IMG/VR virus record: IMGVR_UViG_3300040801_001888
DNA: 12,246 bases
Strand: one strand, 5' to 3'
Source of the DNA: a virus
Lineage: Duplodnaviria > Heunggongvirae > Uroviricota > Caudoviricetes
How positions within the stretch are numbered: position 1 is the first letter of the stretch; the number at the start of each line of letters is the position of its first letter. Position numbers and translations under genes: made by a program. Positions 1 through 5,981 of the stretch are shown piece after piece. Below the pieces are notes generated by a model. It saw only the letters and a list, made by a program, of their open reading frames with translations, was not told the origin of the DNA and made no database searches.

Positions 1-170
1 CAGTGAGTCAGTGCATTCTTCATGCAACACCAGGGAACGGGCGCGGTCTGCTTCGGTCAACTGGAGAATGCGACACGGCAGCAAACAACCTGGGAATTCC
101 CGTCCTATCCGTTGCATAAAGAGCGTAAAGGCGCGATGATAGAAGAGAAACCGTGTCAAAGGGCGCGGAT

Positions 171-190
171 ACCCGAATTAACCCGATTTA
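171..190. repeat. 10-bp tandem repeat (ACCCGAATTA / ACCCGATTTA) just upstream of the terS RBS
   Basis: Two adjacent 10-mers, 9/10 identical, followed by ACCGGAG; AT-rich relative to the surrounding sequence. Confidence 0.6.
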
Positions 191-205
191 ACCGGAGAAT
201 GACCC

Positions 206-685
206 ATGGCGGCTCGCGCAGCATCCAACTCAATCGGCACAACACCGTCCAATGAAGTCAGCGGAAGTGCCTTCGATACGCGCAAACCCCCGAGCATCCC
301 CAACGGACTCCGCCGGGATGTTCGCGGGCAGGTAAAGCGAATCCTGGAACACAATGTCCACCTCTGGGATGAGTCCCAGATGCCGGCTATTTTACGCCTG
401 GCTCGCCTTCAAGCCGACATCGAACTGATGAACGACGAGATCGATAAAGTCGGCTTTATGGTCATGACCGAAAAGGGCGACGAGAAGATCAATCCAATGA
501 TCGCCACGCGCGATGGGGCAATGCGCGGCGCGCTCGCCCTTGAACGCCAGCTCTCCATCACGTTCACCGCCCGTGGCGCCGGCGTGAAAAAGTCAGAGCA
601 AGTGAAGCCCGCCGCCCCAGCGAAAAGCACCGGGCAGGCTAAGCCTCCCGCCGGCGCGCCGGTGCGTAAGCTGCGCCTGGCATGA
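206..685 (+). CDS. terS: Terminase small subunit, P27/HK97-like family
   Basis: 159 aa; GGAG RBS at 194-197, 8 nt before the ATG; PP..P near the N-terminus and G.....G..K.NP......A......L..L.IT..AR near the C-terminus, typical of P27-family TerS; lies upstream of terL. Confidence 0.85.
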   Translation: MAARAASNSIGTTPSNEVSGSAFDTRKPPSIPNGLRRDVRGQVKRILEHNVHLWDESQMPAILRLARLQADIELMNDEIDKVGFMVMTEKGDEKINPMIATRDGAMRGALALERQLSITFTARGAGVKKSEQVKPAAPAKSTGQAKPPAGAPVRKLRLA

Positions 686-900
686 CACGTAGACCCGATT
701 TGACGCCGGAGCAACGCGATCGCGTCTCCGGACTCATCCAACGGGCACACGTTGCCATCAACCATCCGGTGACGGCGGGACCGCGTTGGGCCAAGTACGA
801 TTCGAAGCGCGTGCGGTTGGCGCTAGACGCCCTATGGGAGTCCCATTTGATCCTGACAGGCGGGCACGTGAAAGACACGGAAGGCAATGAAGCTTCCTGA
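682..900 (+). CDS. Hypothetical protein, 72 aa, between terS and terL
   Basis: ATGA overlap with the terS stop (682-685) and 14-nt overlap with the terL start; no recognised motif. Confidence 0.65.
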   Translation: MTRRPDLTPEQRDRVSGLIQRAHVAINHPVTAGPRWAKYDSKRVRLALDALWESHLILTGGHVKDTEGNEAS

Positions 901-2686
901 CAACCCCCTGGCGCGGGCCTGCGAGCAGACCCTGCGCCGCCAATTCAACGCCGCCGAACCGGGATCGAGCCAGCACCAGATACTGAAACGGGTGCTGGAG
1001 TTCCCGTTCTCGAAGTACCCCGACACCACGGCACCGTGGCATCTGCTGACGCACGACCCGGCGCACATGCGCTGGGATCACGTCGCCGATGTCATCGAGA
1101 TCATAGATAGCCTGCGCCAGCCCACGGGCAGTTCCATGGGGCAGCCGATCACGTTGGAACCGTTCCAGGTGATCATCGTGCTGGCGTTCCTCGGTCCGGA
1201 AGACCCTATTACGCAGAAGCGGGTGGTCCGCGAAGGCTTGCTGACCCTTTCGAGAAAATCGGGGAAAACCGCGTTGATAGCAGGGTTAATTACCGCCCTG
1301 CTCTCCCTCAGCCCAGACAACTACGGTCTGCTTGGACAAGAGATCCAGGTAGGCGCGTCCGACCGCGAGCAAGCGGGCATTCTGTTCCAGATGGTCGATC
1401 GCATGATCAGCCTGGACAACTCGCTCGGCATCAGCGAAAAGTTCAAATCGGTCCCATCGAAAAAACTGCTCAAGCATTCGAGTACGCTGACGCAATTGCG
1501 CTGCCTCTCATCGGACGCGCATCGCCATCACGGTGGTAATGCTGCAATCATTCTGATCGATGAGATCGGCAACGTGAGCAGCGCGCAAGCGGAGGAGTTC
1601 TATTCCGTTCTGACCACGGGCGATGGCGCACAGGCGGAACCGCTGACGTTTCTCTTCTCGACGCAAGCGGCGACGGACCAGCACTTCTTCAGCGTCGCGG
1701 TCGATCGGGCGAAAGCGCTCAATGAAGGCAAGCTCACCCCGGACTCCTTCGCCGGGTTCGTTTTCGAGTTGCCAGAGACGGACGCCGCCGGCGAGAAAGT
1801 CGACCCCTACGACGAGGATTATTGGTATCTCGCCAATCCCGGACTGGGCACGATTACCAATGTGCGCTCGATTCGCGACTGGGCGACCAAGGCGAAAGAG
1901 ATGCCCTCGCTGGAGAACAAGTACCGTCTTCTGAAAATGAACCAGCGGGTGAGCGAGACATCCGGTTACGTCTCGCGCACGGTCTGGGAAGAGAACGCAG
2001 GCGGCGGGCTACCGGACCCCTCTGAACTTTACGGGCGTGCATGCTGGCTCGGACTCGACCTGTCCGAGACCACCGACTTGACCGCGCTGGTGGCGATCTT
2101 TGAGCCGCCCCTGGATGACCTCGACGGGCTCATGGACGTGTTGCCCTACTTCTGGATACCCGGCGACGACCTGGAGGCGCGCTCGAAGCGCGATCACGTT
2201 CCCTATACGCAATGGGCGCGCGAGGGTCTCATCGACACCAGCTCGGCGCGCACGATCGACTACGGCAGCATCGCGGACCGGATCATTCACATGATCGAGA
2301 ACTACGACGTGCAAGGCCTCGGCTTTGACCGCTACCGCATGAAGTACGTCATCGCGGCGCTCGCCGAGAGGAAGTACGAGTGGGGCGAGGACGACACGTT
2401 CCTGGTGCCGATCGGACAGGGCTTTCTTGATCAGACCCGGTCGCTGCAGGTGCTGGATGACCTACTGCTAAACCGGAAGCTGCGCCACGGCAACCACCCC
2501 ATCCTGAAATGGAATGCCGCTAATGCCGTGGTAGTCAAAGACCCGGCGAACAACCGCAAGATTCAAAAGGCGCGGTCATTCGGGCGGGTCGACGGGCTGG
2601 TCGCTCTAGCGCTTGCCGCGCACGTCCGGGGCGACTCGGGGCTGGTTAGCTCGGTCGAATTCTCAGCGGAAGCCTTGATCGGCTAG
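887..2686 (+). CDS. terL: Terminase large subunit (HK97-like, Terminase_1 type)
   Basis: 599 aa; ITLEPFQ motif, Walker A SRKSGKT, Walker B IILIDE, nuclease-domain motifs GLDLSETTDLTA, FDRY and VDGLVALALA. Confidence 0.97.
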   Translation: MKLPDNPLARACEQTLRRQFNAAEPGSSQHQILKRVLEFPFSKYPDTTAPWHLLTHDPAHMRWDHVADVIEIIDSLRQPTGSSMGQPITLEPFQVIIVLAFLGPEDPITQKRVVREGLLTLSRKSGKTALIAGLITALLSLSPDNYGLLGQEIQVGASDREQAGILFQMVDRMISLDNSLGISEKFKSVPSKKLLKHSSTLTQLRCLSSDAHRHHGGNAAIILIDEIGNVSSAQAEEFYSVLTTGDGAQAEPLTFLFSTQAATDQHFFSVAVDRAKALNEGKLTPDSFAGFVFELPETDAAGEKVDPYDEDYWYLANPGLGTITNVRSIRDWATKAKEMPSLENKYRLLKMNQRVSETSGYVSRTVWEENAGGGLPDPSELYGRACWLGLDLSETTDLTALVAIFEPPLDDLDGLMDVLPYFWIPGDDLEARSKRDHVPYTQWAREGLIDTSSARTIDYGSIADRIIHMIENYDVQGLGFDRYRMKYVIAALAERKYEWGEDDTFLVPIGQGFLDQTRSLQVLDDLLLNRKLRHGNHPILKWNAANAVVVKDPANNRKIQKARSFGRVDGLVALALAAHVRGDSGLVSSVEFSAEALIG

Positions 2687-2886
2687 CTCGCAGCAGGCAG
2701 CAGAGGCCCGGACCGATGCTTGCGGTTCTTGTCGATCTGCTTGCAGCGGTTGGAGCAGAACTTCCCGGTCTTGATGCCTCGGAAGTGCGTCCCGCAGACC
2801 GCGCAGTTGTGATCGACGATCTCCCGTTTGGCGGCGGCTTCGCGGGGAGTCATTGGCTTTCGGTCAGTGATTCGTCTGTTCATCAT
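2683..2886 (-). CDS. Small basic C4 zinc-finger protein (CxxC...CSxxC), antisense to the late operon
   Basis: 67 aa; CAVCGTHFRGIKTGKFCSNRC has the four-Cys spacing common in small phage Zn-finger proteins; its TAG overlaps the terL TAG in the palindrome CTAG (2683-2686). RBS is weak. Confidence 0.7.
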   Translation of the reverse strand: MMNRRITDRKPMTPREAAAKREIVDHNCAVCGTHFRGIKTGKFCSNRCKQIDKNRKHRSGPLLPAAS

Positions 2887-2918
2887 GTGTTCGCTACGGT
2901 GTCCAAATAGTAAACCCC

Positions 2919-2947
2919 AGTATAAGAGGCTCTAGTGTCAATGTATA
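2919..2947 (-). promoter_or_regulatory. Candidate leftward sigma70-type promoter for the Zn-finger gene
   Basis: Minus strand TATACA (2947-2942), 17 nt, TATACT (2924-2919). A perfect TTGACA (2941-2936) is also present but only 11 nt from this -10, so the geometry is ambiguous. Confidence 0.3.
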
Positions 2948-2968
2948 GTCCCCGCTTCCACGAAAAAG

Positions 2969-2996
2969 TTGACATTTCCTGCGCGGTCGCTATCCT
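2969..2996 (+). promoter_or_regulatory. Sigma70-type promoter (TTGACA-N16-TATCCT), expected start near 3003-3004
   Basis: Perfect -35 at 2969-2974, -10 at 2991-2996, A-tract (AAAAAG) directly upstream, AT-rich island in GC-rich DNA. Confidence 0.65.
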
Positions 2997-3002
2997 GCTG
3001 GG

Positions 3003-3212
3003 TATGTGCGAAGCGCGAAACAGACCCCCGCCAGGTCAGCGCCGAAAGAAGGACCAGCCCCCCTTCGACGGCGACTAGCCTTCGCACGCCTCATTCTTAC
3101 CGAGCAACGGACCCCCGGTCTCGGTAGCCACCTACCTCTTGGTGCGGCTACCATGCTCGATTCTCGCTTCCTGACTCACCTCCTTTTGACCCGCCTTGCG
3201 GCGGGTTTCTTT
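3003..3212 (+). ncRNA. Putative structured RNA or attenuator leader (~210 nt)
   Basis: Bounded by a promoter and a terminator. Stems: GTGCGAAG 3006-3013 / CTTCGCAC 3080-3087; TACCGAG 3098-3104 / CTCGGTA 3120-3126; GGTAGCC 3123-3129 / GGCTACC 3146-3152; anti-SD tract TCACCTCCTT 3176-3185. Family not identified. Confidence 0.55.
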
Positions 3213-3248
3213 GTGCGCGCGTCATTCGCGCGGGATGAGCGTCCGTGA
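3153..3248 (+). CDS. Candidate 31-aa leader peptide spanning the terminator (MLDSRFLTHLLLTRLAAGFFVRASFARDERP)
   Basis: ATG 3153 with GGTG 8 nt upstream; its TGA (3246-3248) overlaps the GTG (3245-3247) of the next ORF. This is the 3' part of track ORF 3006..3248. Could be incidental. Confidence 0.3.
   Translation: MLDSRFLTHLLLTRLAAGFFVRASFARDERP
3188..3212 (+). terminator. Intrinsic (Rho-independent) terminator
   Basis: Stem ACCCGCC 3189-3195 / GGCGGGT 3200-3206, loop TTGC, with TTTCTTT at 3206-3212. Confidence 0.8.
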
Positions 3249-3421
3249 GTGCCGAGCAATCCGGCGGGGTCTCGTCCTGCGAGCGCCCAATGACGCTGCT
3301 CGAGATTCTCACGCGTCGGCCCATGACCGAAGAAGAGTCCGCCGCGTTTCAGAACCTGCTGCGCAACATCGAGAGTGCGCGCAACCCGGAACACCTTGAT
3401 AGCGAGGACGCCCCCGCATGA
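3245..3421 (+). CDS. Small hypothetical protein, 58 aa from GTG 3245 or 43 aa from ATG 3290 (not in ORF track)
   Basis: Translates (M)SAEQSGGVSSCERPMTLLEILTRRPMTEEESAAFQNLLRNIESARNPEHLDSEDAPA; the TGA at 3419-3421 forms an ATGA overlap with the protease start; GGGATGAG lies upstream of the GTG. Confidence 0.55.
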   Translation: MSAEQSGGVSSCERPMTLLEILTRRPMTEEESAAFQNLLRNIESARNPEHLDSEDAPA

Positions 3422-4062
3422 ACAAGAAATTCACGACCGGCTACATTCAGAAAGTCGCTCCTGCGTCATCTTCTGACGACGATATGGAGCTGGACGAGCC
3501 AGACGTGCCCGCCTACGCAGGCAGTTTCGTCCTGAACGAAGAGTCTCCGGATCGAATGGGCGACGTGATCGTCGCGTCGGGCTGGGACTTAGCCAACTTC
3601 AAGCGGAATCCGATCGCCCTATGGATGCATGAGTCGGACGAACCGATCGGCACCTGGGAAAACGTCAAGGTCGCGGGCAAGCAACTGGTCGGCGATCTGA
3701 AACTCGGCACGAATGACATGGCCCAGATGACGCGTAAGCTGATCGAGGAGGGCATCCTTCGTGCCGTGTCGGTCGGCTTCCGGGTGCTCGACTATGAGCC
3801 GATGGATCAGCAAGATCCCTGGGGTCCGTGGTTGATCAAAGCCGCTGAATTGCTTGAGGTTTCCGCAGTATCAATTCCGGCCCATCCAAACGCCCTCCGT
3901 ATTTCCAAAGAGTTCGGCCTGAACCGGGCTCAACGTGAACTGATCTTCGGCGCGTCTTCTCCCGCCGTGCAGATCGATCCCGCCGTTCGGGAAAAAGCGA
4001 CCCATCCAGCGGTTATCCGCGCCCGGCACATCCTCGCGGATGCCCAAAAATCCCTGCGCTGA
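3418..4062 (+). CDS. HK97-family prohead maturation protease
   Basis: 214 aa; DRMGDVI...GWDL..FKRNPIALWMH, AVSVGF and ELLEVSAVSIPAHPNA, carrying the His and Ser catalytic motifs of caudoviral prohead proteases; GAGG RBS upstream. Confidence 0.95.
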   Translation: MNKKFTTGYIQKVAPASSSDDDMELDEPDVPAYAGSFVLNEESPDRMGDVIVASGWDLANFKRNPIALWMHESDEPIGTWENVKVAGKQLVGDLKLGTNDMAQMTRKLIEEGILRAVSVGFRVLDYEPMDQQDPWGPWLIKAAELLEVSAVSIPAHPNALRISKEFGLNRAQRELIFGASSPAVQIDPAVREKATHPAVIRARHILADAQKSLR

Positions 4063-4104
4063 ACGCCCATCGGCGAACGCGCGAACATCTCATGGAGTAA
4101 GTAC

Positions 4105-5598
4105 ATGAACCTTTCCGAACGTATCCAGAAGTTGAGCGAGTCTATTGGTCCCCTGAAGGACCAGCTGAAGGCCCAGATGAAGACCGCCGAGGACTTGCAG
4201 AAGAAGTTCGAGTCCGACGACGCGGAAGAGGGCGACGAGAACCTCCCGGCCATGCTTGCCGCTGCCTCTGACGAGATCGTCAAGACCAAAGGCGAACTGG
4301 ACAAGCTGACCGAGCAGCGCGACAACCTGCTCAAGTTCGAGAAGTCCTTATCCGGTCGCGCCGCGCCCGCCACCCCTACGGCGCCGAACGTCATCAAGTC
4401 CCAGTATCGCAGTGACGACGACCGCCCCGGCATGCTGTTCGCCAAGATGCACGTTGCCGCAGCGATCGCCTACGCCCGTGGCGTGCAAACCGACCAAGTG
4501 ATGGACGACATCTACGGCGAAGACGAGAAGGTCATGGCCGTCTCGCAGTTCGTTCGGCAGAAGGCGGGCGTCGTTCCGGCTACCACGACTGGCGTGGGCT
4601 GGGCGGCTGAGCTGGTCCGCAACGAGACGCGTGGCTACCTCGACACCCTGCGCACGACCTCCATCGGCGCCGCGATCGCGACCCGTTCGATGGTCCTCGA
4701 TTTCGGCTCGGCCAACAGCGTGACCGTTCCGCGCCGTAACGCGATCGGTCTGCCTCCGACTGAGCCGGCGTGGGTAGGTGAAGGCGGCGTGATCCCGCTC
4801 CAGCAGTTCTCGTTCGGCGCCACCACGCTGAACCGCTACAAGCTGGCCTCGATCACTCCGTACACCGAGGAGATCGCCGAGCAGTCTATCCCGCAGATCG
4901 AGACCCTGCTCCTGTCCGCCATGGACGAGAGCTACACCGTCATGCTCGATACCGCCGTGATGTCCGCTGGTGCCGCTGTCGGTGGCATCCGCCCCGCCGG
5001 CCTGCTCAACGGCGTTACCCCGCTGACCGGTAGTGCTGCCGGCGGCTACGAAGCCATCGTTGCCGACATGAAGGCGATGATGACTGAGCTGTCCAACGCC
5101 CGTCTTGGCACGTCTCCGCTGTTGATCCTGAACGACGCCGACGCACTGTCCGCCAGCCTGGCAATGAACCCGCTGGGCCAGATGCCGTTCGCTTCCGACA
5201 TGGCTTCCGGTACGCTGCTGGGCGTTCCGTTCATCGCCAGCCAGAACCAGCCGCTCGGTCGCGCCACCATGGTTGACTGCGCCGCTTTGGCGACCGCGTT
5301 CGGTGCTCCGCAGATCCGCATGAGTTCCGAGGCGACCCTGACCATGGCCGACGCTGGTGCAGGCGCCCCGACTCAGGCTGATGATGGCTCGGGTGCCCTC
5401 GGCACCGCTGGACAGGTTCCGCCCGGTGGCGGCGCCAAGATCTCGGACATCGGCAGCGCCGGTGCCGCGTTCGCGGGCATCCAGGCGGTCAGCCTGTTCC
5501 AGACCGCCTCCATGGCGATTCGCGGTATCTGGCCGACCTCCTGGGGTGCCATGCGCCCGGGCCTGGTCTCCTCGACCGACGGCATCAACTGGGCGTAA
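4105..5598 (+). CDS. Major capsid protein, HK97 fold, with N-terminal coiled-coil delta domain
   Basis: 497 aa; GGAG at 4094-4097; charged helical N-terminus; AWVGEG..IP, YKLASIT, RPAGLLNG and VSLFQT...AIR motifs; strongly biased C-ending codon usage; follows the protease. Confidence 0.95.
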   Translation: MNLSERIQKLSESIGPLKDQLKAQMKTAEDLQKKFESDDAEEGDENLPAMLAAASDEIVKTKGELDKLTEQRDNLLKFEKSLSGRAAPATPTAPNVIKSQYRSDDDRPGMLFAKMHVAAAIAYARGVQTDQVMDDIYGEDEKVMAVSQFVRQKAGVVPATTTGVGWAAELVRNETRGYLDTLRTTSIGAAIATRSMVLDFGSANSVTVPRRNAIGLPPTEPAWVGEGGVIPLQQFSFGATTLNRYKLASITPYTEEIAEQSIPQIETLLLSAMDESYTVMLDTAVMSAGAAVGGIRPAGLLNGVTPLTGSAAGGYEAIVADMKAMMTELSNARLGTSPLLILNDADALSASLAMNPLGQMPFASDMASGTLLGVPFIASQNQPLGRATMVDCAALATAFGAPQIRMSSEATLTMADAGAGAPTQADDGSGALGTAGQVPPGGGAKISDIGSAGAAFAGIQAVSLFQTASMAIRGIWPTSWGAMRPGLVSSTDGINWA

Positions 5599-5666
5599 TT
5601 GCTCCGTGATGTGATCACTCGCGCCAGGGACGGCGCAACGCCAGCGGACTCAATCAGGAGGCACCT

Positions 5667-5942
5667 ATGCCTACCATCCTAGTGAACAAGAAGTTCAAGC
5701 TGATCAAGAAAGATGAGCTTGACGCGATGCTTGCCGCCGGCACGGCGCGCAAGTTCCCCGGCATGCCGATCTACGAGCAGTTGGAGACGCCTGCAGTGGC
5801 GGCGCCAGTGCCACCCAAGCAACCGGACCAGCCCGCCCCCGGTCCAGAGGACGACGAGAACGCGCCGACGCAGGACTACGCCACCAGAGAAATGCGGTCC
5901 AGTCGCGCGGCGTTGCGCCGGACCACGCGGAAGACCTCCTAA
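5667..5942 (+). CDS. Small hypothetical protein, 91 aa, Pro-rich middle and basic C-terminus (YATREMR)
   Basis: Strong AGGAGG RBS at 5656-5661; fills the gap between capsid and portal genes. Confidence 0.85.
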   Translation: MPTILVNKKFKLIKKDELDAMLAAGTARKFPGMPIYEQLETPAVAAPVPPKQPDQPAPGPEDDENAPTQDYATREMRSSRAALRRTTRKTS

Positions 5943-5969
5943 GGTCGTGCTATTCAGCAGAACCTTTTT
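5941..5969 (+). terminator. Weak terminator-like hairpin before the portal gene
   Basis: AAGGT 5941-5945 / ACCTT 5962-5966 outer stem, TGCT/AGCA inner stem, loop ATTC, T5 run at 5965-5969; contains a 2x2 internal loop. Confidence 0.3.
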
Positions 5970-5981
5970 CGGGGGCCGCTA

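Noticed and set aside
136-159. Leftward promoter from minus-strand TTGACA (159-154) and TATCAT (141-136)
   Set aside because: Spacer is only 12 nt.
178-191. CtrA box
   Set aside because: TTAA-N6-TTAA, whereas the established consensus is TTAA-N7-TTAA; host unknown.
22-255. 77-aa ORF at the window start
   Set aside because: No RBS or motif, overlaps terS out of frame, and covers a repeat-rich probably non-coding region.
887-2686. Intein or intron in terL (also checked portal and capsid)
   Set aside because: Lengths are ordinary, motifs are contiguous, no C/S...HN intein ends seen.
3030-3060. Resemblance to SRP RNA helix 8 (CAGG...GAAA...CAGCC)
   Set aside because: Spacing and the AGCAG internal-loop strand do not match; no long enclosing hairpin.
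3006-3088. Identity with P1 c4 or P4 CI RNA, c-di-GMP riboswitch or hammerhead ribozyme
   Set aside because: Size is similar to c4/CI but I see none of the conserved sequence cores (no CUGANGA, no GGCAAAC); only a functional analogy is retained.
3140-3175. tRNA-like look of GCTCGATTC
   Set aside because: No TTC T-loop, flanking bases do not form a T-stem, no acceptor stem or cloverleaf.
3006-3248. 80-aa track ORF as a full-length gene
   Set aside because: GTG start lies at the predicted transcription start with no RBS and the 5' half is structured RNA; only the part from ATG 3153 is kept, at low confidence.
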